Source of the DNA: an uncultured Mycoplasmatota bacterium
GTDB taxonomy: Bacteria; Bacillota_I; Bacilli_A; RF39; UBA660
DNA length: 64,000 nucleotides
Direction of reading: 5' to 3'
Assembly: GCA_900542735.1 (NCBI GenBank)
Contig: UQOS01000001.1
Span: 50,865-114,864, forward strand
The position numbers and the translations under genes were made by a program. Numbering within the stretch: position 1 is the first letter of the stretch; every line of letters begins with the position of its first letter. The notes under the pieces are model-generated. The model did no database searches. It was not told the DNA's origin and worked only from the letters and a program-made list of their open reading frames with translations. Of the stretch, positions 49,071 through 59,000 are shown one piece after another.

Positions 49071-49979
49071 ATGATATTAATAACATTAGGAACTCAAGAT
49101 AAAGAGTTTACAAGAATTTTAAAAGAAGTAGACAAATTAATTACCAAAAAAGTAATTAAAGAAGAAGTAGTAGTACAAGCGGGATATACTAAATATAAAT
49201 CAAAGAACATGAAAATATTTGACTATGTTTCAAAAACGGAATTAGAAAAATACATAGAAAAAGCAAGCTTTGTGATTACTCATGCTGGTGTTGGTACTAT
49301 TTTTGATTGCTTAAAGAAAAATAAAAAAATAATAGCCGTTCCAAGACTTTCAAAATATAAAGAACACAATAATGATCATCAACTACAAATAGTAGAAGAA
49401 TTTGGAAAAGAAGGTTTTTTAATACCAGTTTATGAAATGGACGAATTAGAACAAGCTATTCAAAAAGTAAAAACCTTTAAACCCAATAAATATAAAAGTA
49501 ATAATAAAAATATGGTAAAGTTAATTAGTGAGTATATAGATAGGAATGAAAAAAGAAGTATGATAAAAACTATAAAAGAATTATTTAATAAATATCGTGA
49601 AATCATTATGTATTTAATTTTTGGCGTACTAACAACTGTAGTTAGCTTAGCTGTTTATTACATATTAGTATATACCGTTTTAAATCCCAATAATCCATTT
49701 GAACTTCAAGTAGCCAATATTATTTCTTGGATAGCAGGAGTTACTTTTGCTTATTTCACAAACCGTAGTATGGTATTTCAAAGTAAAAATAAAAATAAAC
49801 TAAAAGAAGCTGGAAGTTTTGTTTTAGCAAGAATAGTTACTCTTATTATGGATATGTTAATTATGTTTGTTGGTGTAACCCTATTACATGGAAATGATAA
49901 ACTATTAAAATTAATTTCCCAAGTAATCGTAATAGTGTCTAATTATGTATTTTCCAAACTGTTTGTGTTTAAAAAATAA
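49071..49979 (+). CDS. Alg13-like glycosyltransferase catalytic subunit (EpsF/Cps14F/PssE-like) fused to a C-terminal GtrA-like 4-TM domain
   Basis: MILITLGTQDKEF...ITHAGVGTIFDC (MurG C-terminal-like). The C-terminal YLIFGVLTTVVSLAVYYIL...WIAGVTFAYFTNRSMVF resembles GtrA-family membrane proteins. RBS AGGAG upstream of the ATG at 49071. Confidence 0.65.
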   Translation: MILITLGTQDKEFTRILKEVDKLITKKVIKEEVVVQAGYTKYKSKNMKIFDYVSKTELEKYIEKASFVITHAGVGTIFDCLKKNKKIIAVPRLSKYKEHNNDHQLQIVEEFGKEGFLIPVYEMDELEQAIQKVKTFKPNKYKSNNKNMVKLISEYIDRNEKRSMIKTIKELFNKYREIIMYLIFGVLTTVVSLAVYYILVYTVLNPNNPFELQVANIISWIAGVTFAYFTNRSMVFQSKNKNKLKEAGSFVLARIVTLIMDMLIMFVGVTLLHGNDKLLKLISQVIVIVSNYVFSKLFVFKK

Positions 49980-50016
49980 GAATAATATGCTAAACTATCA
50001 TCAAGAAGGTGTAATT

Positions 50017-50961
50017 ATGAAAAAAATTTCAATTGTGGTACCATGTTATAATGAAGAAGAATCATTACCACTATTTTATAAAGAAGTAAATAAAGTTACC
50101 GAAAAAATGAAAGCAAAAGCTGAATTTGAATTTGTTTTTGTCAATGATGGCTCTAAAGATAATACTTTGGAAGAATTAAGAAATTTAGCTAAAAAAGATA
50201 AAAGAGTAAGATATATTTCTTTTTCTAGAAATTTTGGAAAAGAAGCAGGAATGCTTGCTGGACTTGAAAATGCAACAGGAGATTATATCACGACAATGGA
50301 TGCTGATTTACAGGATCCACCTACTTTATTAGAGGAAATGTTTGATACATTAGAATCTGGTGAATATGATTGCTGTGCTACGAAAAGTACCAACCGTAAA
50401 GGTTATTCTTTCTTAAGAAAGACATTTACAAAATGGTTTTATGATATCATTGGTAAAATTTCTAAAACAGAAATGGTACCAGGAGCTAGAGATTTTAGAT
50501 TAATGACTAGACAAATGGTAGACGCTATTATTTCTATGAGAGAATATAATAGATATTCAAAAGGTCTATTTAGCTTTGTTGGTTTTAAAACAAAATGGAT
50601 TGATTTTGAAATAGAAGACCGTGCAGCTGGTACTTCGAAATTTAATTTTTGGAAATTATTTTCTTATGCAATTGAAGGAATTGTAGCCTTTTCTACTGCA
50701 CCACTTGTATTTGCAGCTTTAGTAGGTGTTATCTTTTGTTTTATAGCTTTCATATTAATCATTTTCATCATTGTGAAGACATTAGTATGGGGTGATCCTG
50801 TTGGTGGTTGGCCTAGTATGGCATGTATCATGTTCTTTGTAGGAGGAATTCAATTATTCTGTACTGGTATCATTGGAGAATATCTAGCAAAAACCTACTT
50901 AGAAACAAAACATAGACCAGTTTATATTGTGAAAGAAACAGAAAAAGATTTAAAAAAGTAG
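50017..50961 (+). CDS. GtrB-like family 2 glycosyltransferase with C-terminal TM helices (polyprenyl-phosphate sugar synthase)
   Basis: ISIVVPCYNEEESL...FVNDGSKDNT, TMDADLQDP, and two C-terminal TM helices. Paralog of 39803..40771. RBS AAGGTG upstream of the ATG at 50017. Confidence 0.7.
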   Translation: MKKISIVVPCYNEEESLPLFYKEVNKVTEKMKAKAEFEFVFVNDGSKDNTLEELRNLAKKDKRVRYISFSRNFGKEAGMLAGLENATGDYITTMDADLQDPPTLLEEMFDTLESGEYDCCATKSTNRKGYSFLRKTFTKWFYDIIGKISKTEMVPGARDFRLMTRQMVDAIISMREYNRYSKGLFSFVGFKTKWIDFEIEDRAAGTSKFNFWKLFSYAIEGIVAFSTAPLVFAALVGVIFCFIAFILIIFIIVKTLVWGDPVGGWPSMACIMFFVGGIQLFCTGIIGEYLAKTYLETKHRPVYIVKETEKDLKK

Positions 50962-51082
50962 TATATGAAGTTGTTAGGAAATAGTAGTATAGCTACTTTT
51001 TTTCTTGCAAAATTCTGTAAAGATAGAGAAAAATAATGTCAAAAAAACAGTAAAGTATGATAGTATAGAATAGGTGATAATC

Positions 51083-51643
51083 ATGAGTGATGTTATGACA
51101 GAATTAATTGATGTTTTAGATGAAAATGGAAATAAAACGGGAGAAGTAGAAACAAAAGAAGAAATATATAAAAGAGGATTATGGCATCGTTCAGTTCATA
51201 TTTGGATTGAAAATGATAAGCAAGAATTATTGGTTCAAAAAAGGAATCCTCTTAAAAATACATTTCCTAACCTATGGGCAATTTCTTCAGCAGGTCATGT
51301 AATAGCTGGAGAAACTAGTATAGAGTCAGGATTGCGTGAATTAAAAGAAGAATTAGATGTTGATGCCAAAAAAGAAGATTTGGAATTTTTATTTACCATT
51401 AAAAGAGTACAGCCATATAAAGATTCATATATTCGTGTTTTTGATGATGTTTACCTTCTACACAAAAATATTGATGTAACAAAAACAAAACTACAAGTAG
51501 AAGAATTAACAGATATTAAATATGTATATTATGAATACTTAGAAAATATATTCAAAGAGGGAGATAAAGACTATGTTCCCTATACAGAAGAGCATCAAAA
51601 GCTATTTTCCATTCTTGACGATAGAAATATGGAAGTAATTTAA
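51083..51643 (+). CDS. NUDIX hydrolase
   Basis: Nudix box GHVIAGETSIESGLRELKEELDV (GX5EX7REUXEEXGU). RBS AGGTGA upstream of the ATG at 51083. Confidence 0.75.
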   Translation: MSDVMTELIDVLDENGNKTGEVETKEEIYKRGLWHRSVHIWIENDKQELLVQKRNPLKNTFPNLWAISSAGHVIAGETSIESGLRELKEELDVDAKKEDLEFLFTIKRVQPYKDSYIRVFDDVYLLHKNIDVTKTKLQVEELTDIKYVYYEYLENIFKEGDKDYVPYTEEHQKLFSILDDRNMEVI

Positions 51644-51749
51644 AAACTGGTATAGATAACTCTTTTTACGAAAGGTTGTGTTAAACTTCGTGACTGATAA
51701 ATAGAAATTAGTGATATAATTAATATAGCTAAACGAAATAGAAGGATTA

Positions 51750-52150
51750 ATTAAAGATTTAGATTCTGTGTCAATTATTGAATTTAAAAACTATTTATTA
51801 GAAAACTTAACTGAATTATGTTGTCTAAAAAACTCTAATTCTAAAATTATCTCTTCACATAGAAAAGAAGATTTATTTTGAATTTAAATGCAGTTCCATC
51901 TGGATTTCATAGTAATGGTCAAATTAATATTGCAGAAATAAATGAAGTTCATTCTCAGTTAGAAGTTTGGTTAAGCAAATTTATAGGTGTATCAACAAGA
52001 CATTTACAAGAATATTTAAACTGGTTCGTATATATATTCATCATGAAAAAAAGATTCAATTTAAATAAGTTAAAAGCTGAATCTTATTCTAATATAATAA
52101 TTATATTAATTCAAATAAAATATTTTCTATGGAAATGCCTATTGATTTAA
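51750..52150 (+). pseudogene. Frameshifted C-terminal fragment of a DDE transposase (IS1595-like?)
   Basis: GFHSNGQINIAEINEVHSQLEVWLSKFIGVSTRHLQEYLNWFVYIF resembles the C-terminal H-x-N-x-I-E...W-x-x-L-K...G-V-S-x-K/R-H-L-Q-x-Y-L-x-x-F region of IS1595-type transposases. The upstream continuation (DLDSVSIIEFKNYLLENLTELCC...) is in another frame and there is no N-terminal catalytic domain. Confidence 0.4.
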
Positions 52151-52320
52151 ATATTGCATATGCTGAATATGCCAATCAGTCATAAAGTTTAATACAACCA
52201 TCTGAAAAAGGATTAGATGAACAAGGGAATTCCTATCCAATTTTATATATGAAATTAGATAGAAAAATCATACTTTGATTAATGACTAGATAATAATTTA
52301 TGATAATGGAGGAATTTTAA

Positions 52321-52767
52321 ATGATAACAATAAAAAATGAAAATGATATTAAATTTAAAAAGATAATTAATACTAGGTTAAGAAAAAATAATATGGAAAA
52401 ATGTAGTTGGTTCAAAGATAATATTTCAGAAGATATAAATATATCGAGTGTAAAAAATAATAACTTTTTAGCATTTGATAATGATAAATTAATAGGTGGA
52501 GCAATTGGCTTTGTAGAATATAATTGGTATTTTTTGGATTTATTATATATAGATGAGGAGTATAGAAACAGAAACATAGGAACGAATTTAATAAAAGAAA
52601 TTGAGAAATTTGCGTTAAAAGAACACCTAACTGGCGTTAGAATGGAAACATGGAATTTTCAAGCAAAAGGATTTTATGAGAAAAATGGTTATAGTGTATT
52701 CGGTGAGATAAAGGATTGTCCTCCGGGTACAATAGATTATCATTTAAAAAAAGAGTTTAAGCAGTAA
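52321..52767 (+). CDS. GNAT-family N-acetyltransferase
   Basis: LIGGAIGFVEYNWYFLDLLYIDEEYRNRNIGTNLIKEIEKFA carries the acetyl-CoA-binding motif A (R-x-x-G-x-G/A) of GNATs. Confidence 0.75.
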   Translation: MITIKNENDIKFKKIINTRLRKNNMEKCSWFKDNISEDINISSVKNNNFLAFDNDKLIGGAIGFVEYNWYFLDLLYIDEEYRNRNIGTNLIKEIEKFALKEHLTGVRMETWNFQAKGFYEKNGYSVFGEIKDCPPGTIDYHLKKEFKQ

Positions 52768-52986
52768 AATATAATTAATCCAAACAATATTATATAAATG
52801 TGATAATAAGAAAATAAATTTAGAAGAATTAAAAATTCATTATGACAATTTGTAATTAAAATATTCAGTGCTTTACTCTATTGAAAATGGAAGATTTAAT
52901 ATAAATAAAGCAATAGAAGATATTCTTTATATAAAATTTAACACAATCTTTCGTAAAAAGAGAAATGTATACTAAAAATCAAAATA

Positions 52987-53015
52987 TTGAAATAACCGAT
53001 TGAATATATTATAAT
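52987..53015 (+). promoter_or_regulatory. Near-consensus sigma-A promoter (TTGAAA-17-TATAAT) driving the GC-rich noncoding region
   Basis: -35 TTGAAA at 52987-52992, a 17-nt spacer, and -10 TATAAT at 53010-53015. The predicted transcription start is about 53022, at the edge of the GC-rich island. Confidence 0.5.
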
Positions 53016-53021
53016 GAATAA

Positions 53022-53600
53022 GAAGTGGTGCATTATTCTAGTCACAATCCGTTGTTACGAAGACGAGCCTAAAAATTCGTTAATAGCACATCTATGAAGC
53101 GTCTGGTGCTTGCTTGATACGCCCAGTATTGGGTGGGTGCTGGACGGAAAGAAACCATGGGCGCCTATAATGGCATATAGGGAACGACCCATCTTTTCGC
53201 GGAGACCTAAACTTGTGGATAACTATCTACGACTTAGGATTAAACCTATCATGTGGAGAAATCTATGGATAGTGTAGCTTGGCTTGAGTGATAATTGGGG
53301 ATAGAGACAACTACTAAAAAGGTGTACATCTTTTTAGTAGTATTGCTACTTGAAACAGTTACTTGCAAAAAAGCATAGTAATAACATCGAATGTGCAAGA
53401 GGAAAACTCCTAGAGTGTACGATTAATGTAGGATTGCAGTGTATACTAAGTGGTAATCAAGTCATAGAATTGGTGACAATCTATTGCTTCCTTTCAAGGG
53501 GAACCGCTTGCTGGTAACGGTAAGTAGGAAGTAGGGAAATCCAACTTGACCTAAGGTACAAAGTTTACTATATTAGTTACCATTTCTTATTTTTTTGTTT
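53022..53600 (+). ncRNA. Large structured noncoding RNA candidate (about 580 nt, GC-rich, ORF-free), possibly OLE-like
   Basis: No ORF of 60 aa or more on either strand. Local GC is far above background (for example CGCCCAGTATTGGGTGGGTGCTGGACGGAAAGAAACCATGGGCGCC is about 60% GC versus about 27% in flanks). Multiple perfect helices: CGCCCA/TGGGCG, CTACTAAAAAG-gtgtacat-CTTTTTAGTAG, CTTCCT...AGGAAG. A consensus promoter lies just upstream and a 4-TM 21-kDa membrane protein gene immediately downstream. Confidence 0.45.
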
Positions 53601-53612
53601 TTTGGAGTTATT

Positions 53613-54203
53613 ATGAAATTAAAAAAATATAAAGAAAAATATTCAAAAAAAGCTAGTAAAAAACCAGTGAAAAATAAAAAAAGTGTAGACTATAAATGGA
53701 TACTAACAGTAACTATTTTTGCCTTTTTCATTTCTTTAATTTTTTCACTTTTTTCAGAAACTATTATTCCAAGTGCTACTAGTATAGTGGCTATTATTAT
53801 AATTTTATTATTTATTGGAATTGGTATCTTATTTGATATGATAGGAATTAGTGTTACGGTTGCTGATTTAAAAACCTTTAACTCTATGGCAACCAAGCAA
53901 GTTCGTGGTGCTAGAATAGCCGTAAAACTAATCAAAAATAGTGAAAAAGCATCTAGTTTTTGTAATGATGTAATTGGTGATATATGTGGAATTATTAGTG
54001 GTTCTGCTGGAGTTGCTTTATCTACCATTTTAGCAAACTCTTTTCATCTAAATCTATTAATGACTAGTTTACTTATAACTGCTACTATTGCAGCATTAAC
54101 CATTGGAGGAAAAGCCTTAGGAAAAACAGCTGCCATTAATAAAAGTACCAAGATACTATTTGAATTTTCTAAATTTTTAGCTTGTTTCTATAAAAAATAC
54201 TAA
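53613..54203 (+). CDS. Small 4-TM membrane protein (about 21 kDa) with a basic N-terminus; OapA-like candidate
   Basis: MKLKKYKEKYSKKASKKPVKNKK followed by four hydrophobic helices over 197 aa. RBS GGAG upstream of the ATG at 53613. Sits directly after the GC-rich RNA candidate. Confidence 0.55.
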   Translation: MKLKKYKEKYSKKASKKPVKNKKSVDYKWILTVTIFAFFISLIFSLFSETIIPSATSIVAIIIILLFIGIGILFDMIGISVTVADLKTFNSMATKQVRGARIAVKLIKNSEKASSFCNDVIGDICGIISGSAGVALSTILANSFHLNLLMTSLLITATIAALTIGGKALGKTAAINKSTKILFEFSKFLACFYKKY

Positions 54204-54309
54204 ATTTTAAGTATAAGTAAAAGCTAATAAACTTCAAGTTAGTTTGATAATTTTATTAGACAAATTTCTATTTTTTTGATATACTGTCATAAGAATAGGA
54301 GAGTCGTAA

Positions 54310-54870
54310 ATGAAAAAACATAAATTTGCTATTATACTATTAATAATTGGAACCATATTAGTTGTAATGGGATTATCTTTAACTATATATAACTATATGA
54401 ATAATAAAAATAATGAAAATAAAGAAACGGAAGCTAATATTTTAAATAATTACGAGGGATTTAAGCGAAATAGTGAAAAATTTTATGATTTTAGAAGTAA
54501 AACTTACTACAATGAAGTAACTATTAATTTGTTTCCAGAATCTGTAGAAACTGATTATGATAATTGGTTAAAAATGTTAGATAACTATACATCTTTAATT
54601 GATGAAGTAGAATCATCTTCAAGTAATTTGAAAAAATATTGTTTAAATAATACTTATTACCCAACAGATGATATTAAAAATAAGTGTGAAGCTTTTGTGA
54701 TTGCTTATGAAACGGTAGTAAATTATTATACAAAAGATATTGAATCATTTAATGATAATATAATCTCATATTTAAATACAACTACGAAAGCTACGAAAAT
54801 AAAATTATATGAGTCTAAGTATAATTATGTAGATATTAATTCAGATGGCAATTTTATTGGAAAAAATTAA
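54310..54870 (+). CDS. Hypothetical membrane-anchored extracytoplasmic protein
   Basis: N-terminal signal-anchor MKKHKFAIILLIIGTILVVMGLSLTIY. RBS AGGAG upstream. No known motif. Confidence 0.5.
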   Translation: MKKHKFAIILLIIGTILVVMGLSLTIYNYMNNKNNENKETEANILNNYEGFKRNSEKFYDFRSKTYYNEVTINLFPESVETDYDNWLKMLDNYTSLIDEVESSSSNLKKYCLNNTYYPTDDIKNKCEAFVIAYETVVNYYTKDIESFNDNIISYLNTTTKATKIKLYESKYNYVDINSDGNFIGKN

Positions 54871-54884
54871 AGAAGGGGTAGTAT

Positions 54885-55949
54885 ATGAAAGAAAAAAGTC
54901 AAAAAAAGAAATTAAAACTAAGTTTGAAAGTAAAAAGAGTTCTTCTATTATTATTTTCAATTGGTATTATTGGATTATCTTGTGGTATGTTTTTATTATA
55001 TGGACCTATTTCATGGTTTCGAAATACATTAATCACAACAGCTATGACTACAATGAGTCACCAATATTTAGCTAAATGGTTTTATTCTGATGAATATATT
55101 AATAAAATATTAGCAAATAATTATATTATTGAAACAAATGAACATACTAATCCTGATTTAATTGATATGCCAGATTTTGATAATGATAAAAAATATGCAT
55201 CTAAATATGAAAAAGATATTTTCTCTGGTGTTAATGAAAATACTATTTATAAAATTATTGATGTAAAAGGAACTGGTTATAATGGATATGTAGTAGCAAT
55301 TTATAAACCTGAAAAAGTAAAAATAGCGGTAAGCTCTAAAATAGGTACTGAAGGACAAACTTTAAAAACAATTGCTTCTAACAATAAGGCTTTAGTAGCT
55401 ATGAATGCTAGTGGTTTCTTTGATCCAACTTGGAATGGAAATGGTGCGATTCCACATGGTACTGTTATTAAAGATGGTAGAGTTATTTATGACTATGAAG
55501 ATGCTCAAGTTGGAGGAGGTTTCATTGGTTTTGATAAAGATAACAAATTAATTCTTGGTAGAATGACCAAAAGTCAAGCTCTTGCTAAAGGAATTCGTGA
55601 TGGTATTGAATTTGGCCCATTCTTAATTGTAAACGGAAAACCATCATTCGTAAAAGGTGATGGAGGTTGGGGAATTGCTCCTCGTAGTGCGATAGGACAA
55701 AGAGCTGATGGAATTGTTTTATTTGTAGTAATTAACGGTAGAAACTATAAATCAGGAATATTAGGAATTGATATGGTTGGATTAACTGAATTAATGCAAA
55801 AATATGGTGCCGTAAATGCTGCTAACTTAGATGGTGGTACATCAAGTGCTTTATTAGAAGGACAAAGATTAGTAAATAATCCAATATCATCTACAGGTAA
55901 CCAAGGGGTATTAAGAAGAATTCCAACTGCATGGATCGTTACAGAATAG
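54885..55949 (+). CDS. Phosphodiester glycosidase family protein (NAGPA/DUF2233-like), membrane anchored
   Basis: AMNASGFF...GFIGFDKDNKLILG...AIGQRADGIVLFVVINGR...NLDGGTSSAL are hallmark motifs of the phosphodiester glycosidase family. N-terminal TM helix. Confidence 0.7.
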   Translation: MKEKSQKKKLKLSLKVKRVLLLLFSIGIIGLSCGMFLLYGPISWFRNTLITTAMTTMSHQYLAKWFYSDEYINKILANNYIIETNEHTNPDLIDMPDFDNDKKYASKYEKDIFSGVNENTIYKIIDVKGTGYNGYVVAIYKPEKVKIAVSSKIGTEGQTLKTIASNNKALVAMNASGFFDPTWNGNGAIPHGTVIKDGRVIYDYEDAQVGGGFIGFDKDNKLILGRMTKSQALAKGIRDGIEFGPFLIVNGKPSFVKGDGGWGIAPRSAIGQRADGIVLFVVINGRNYKSGILGIDMVGLTELMQKYGAVNAANLDGGTSSALLEGQRLVNNPISSTGNQGVLRRIPTAWIVTE

Positions 55950-56043
55950 TAATCAAGAAAAGACTTAGGTTTTTTCTTTTTTTTCTGTGTTTTTTGGTAT
56001 ATAATGATAGTATAATATAAGGTAATTAAAGGAAAGTGAAAAT

Positions 56044-59000
56044 ATGGAATACAAAATTATGGACGGAAATGAAGCATGTAGCTATGTTTCTTATAACTTT
56101 ACAGAAGTAGCAGGAATTTATCCAATTACGCCTTCATCAACGATGGCAGAATTAACAGATACCTGGGCCTCAAATGGTAAACTAAACTATTTTGGTAGTC
56201 CAGTAAAAGTAGTAGAAATGCAGTCAGAAGCAGGTGCAGCTGGTATGATACATGGCTCTTTACAAGCTGGGTGTTTAACTACGACATATACAGCTAGTCA
56301 AGGTTTACTATTAATGATACCTAATATGTATAAAATAGCTGGAGAATTATTACCATGTGTCATTAATGTAGCAGCAAGAAGTATTGCGACTCATGCCTTA
56401 TCAATCTTAGGTGATCATCAAGATATTTATGCAACTCGTATGACAGGTTTTGCTTTACTTGCATCTTCTTCTGTTCAACAAGTAATGGATTTAACAGGTG
56501 TAGCTCATCTATCTGCTATCAAAGGAAAAGTACCATTTTTGAATTTCTTCGATGGTTTTAGAACAAGTCATGAACTTCAAAAAGTAAGAGTAATAGATAC
56601 TGATAAACTAAAAAATTTAATAGATGAAAAAGCATTAGCAGAATTTAGACAAAAAGCCCTAAATCCAAATAATCCTGTAACACGTGGTACTACTCAAAAT
56701 GATGATATTTATTTTCAAATGATGGAATCTAGAAACCGTTATTATGAAGTATTACCAGATATTGTAAATGACTACATGGAAGAAATTAATAAAATTACTG
56801 GAGAGGACTATAAACCATTTAATTATTATGGAAGTAAGACAGCTACTCGTGTAATTGTAGCAATGGGTTCTGTTTGTGAGACTATCCGTGAAGTAGTAGA
56901 TGCCCTAAATAAAGAAAAAGAAGAAGTAGGCTTAATAGAAGTACACCTATATCGTCCATTTTCAGAAAAGTATTTATTAAATGTATTACCATTAACAGTA
57001 GAAAAAATTGCGGTATTAGATAGAACTAAAGAACCAGGCTCTTTAGGAGAACCATTATACTTAGATGTAGCTAGTGTGATTAAAAATAGTAATCGTTCTA
57101 TCAAAGTAATTGGTGGTAGATATGGACTTTCTAGTAAAAACACAACACCTAGTGATATTAATAGTGTATATAATTACTTAAATCAAAAAGATTGTAAACA
57201 TGATTTTACTCTAAGTATCGTAGATGATATTACGAATAAAAGTTTAACTCCTGTTCCTATTTCTTTAGAAAATAAAAATGTAGAATTTTTAATTTATGGT
57301 TATGGATCTGATGGTATGGTAAGTGCTAGTAAAGATATTATGAAAATTGCTGGTAATTATACGAATGCCTTTGTGCAAGGCTATTTCCAATATGATTCTA
57401 AAAAATCAGGTGGAGTAACAAAATCTCATTTAAGATTTAGTAAAGATAAAATTCATTCTACTTATTATGTAGAAAAACCAAGTTTAGTAATGTGTACCAA
57501 AGAATCTTATTTAAAAACATTTAAAATGTTAGATGGAATTAGAAAAAATGGTATATTCATTTTAAATACAAGTAAAGATAAAGAAGAAATCAAAAGGAAA
57601 CTATCTAGTCATGACTATAATATTTTAGTAGAAAAAAATATTAAATTCTATATTGTAGATGCTTATAAACTAGCTAGTGAAGTAGGACTAGATCATAAAA
57701 TAAGTTCTATTATGGAAACTATTCTCTTTAAAGTTGGTCATATTATGGACTTTGAATTTGCTCAAAAGAAAATTAAAGAGGATTTAGAAATTAAGTTTAA
57801 AAATAAAGGAAATGACTTAGTAAATAAAAATATAGAAGCAGTAGATAAAGCAATCAATTTATTAACTTTAGTTGAATTGGGTGACTTAAAAGAAGAAGTA
57901 GAAAATGAAACAGATGACAATATTTTTGCCGTTATTTCTAGTGGCAGAGGAAATTCTTTAAAAGTAAGTGACTTCTTACCATATGAAGATGGAACCTTTT
58001 TACCAGGTTTATCAAGACAAGAAAAGAGAAATATTTCTGATATTGGACCATGTTTTGATAAAGAGAATTGTATACAGTGTAATATGTGTTCCTTTGTTTG
58101 TCCTCATGCTGTTATTAGACCATTCTTATTAAATGAAGAAGAAGTAGAGAATGCTCCATTATCGTTAAAAGAAGATTTAATAGATGCAAATATCAAAGGG
58201 GAAAATTTAAAATTCGCAATTGGAATTAGTTTACCAGACTGTACAGGGTGTAAATTATGTGTAAATATTTGCCCTGGCAAAAAAGGGAATAAAGCTTTAA
58301 CTATTGAAAAAATGGAAGAGCTTAAGAAAACAAAGAAAGAAGCATATGAATATTTATTTAACCATGTAACAGAAAAGGAAGTAATGCCTACTTCCACTGT
58401 CAAAGGTAGTCAATTTGTAAAACCTAAATTTGAATTTAGTGGTGCTTGTGCTGGTTGTGGAGAAACACCATATCTAAAACTTTTAACACAATTATTTGGT
58501 GATAATTTAATGATTAGTAATGCTACTGGCTGTTCTTCTATCTATGCAGCTAGTCTTCCAACAACTGCTTATTCAGTACCTTGGGCTAATTCCTTATTTG
58601 AAGATAATGCTGAATATGGCTATGGTATGAAAATTGCTGATAAAACAGTAAAATCACGTATATTAAATTTAATTTCGGAAAATATGGAAAATGTAGCAAA
58701 AGAAGATAAGAATGTTTATGAAGCATATTTAGATGAAATTAATCATGAAACAGCAAATAACTTATATGATATTGTTGATAATACTAACATTGAAGGATTG
58801 AAAGAGTTAAAAGAATATATAAAACCAAAATCTATTTGGATTGTTGGTGGTGATGGTTGGGCTTATGATATTGGCTTTTCTGGAATAGATCATGTACTAG
58901 CAAATCATGAAAATGTAAATATTCTAGTTCTAGATACCGAAGTATATTCTAATACCGGAGGACAGTCTTCTAAATCTAGTAAAGTAGGAAGTATCGCTAA

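Noticed and set aside
53022-53600. RNase P RNA, tmRNA or SRP RNA as identity of the GC-rich noncoding island
   Set aside because: No clear matches to the universally conserved RNase P blocks (GAGGAAAGUCC...ACAGAAU order and spacing are wrong). No tmRNA tag-peptide frame or 3' CCA. No SRP domain IV motif. Also considered and not supported from the sequence: 6S RNA, cobalamin riboswitch, group I/II intron. Left as an unclassified or OLE-like candidate.
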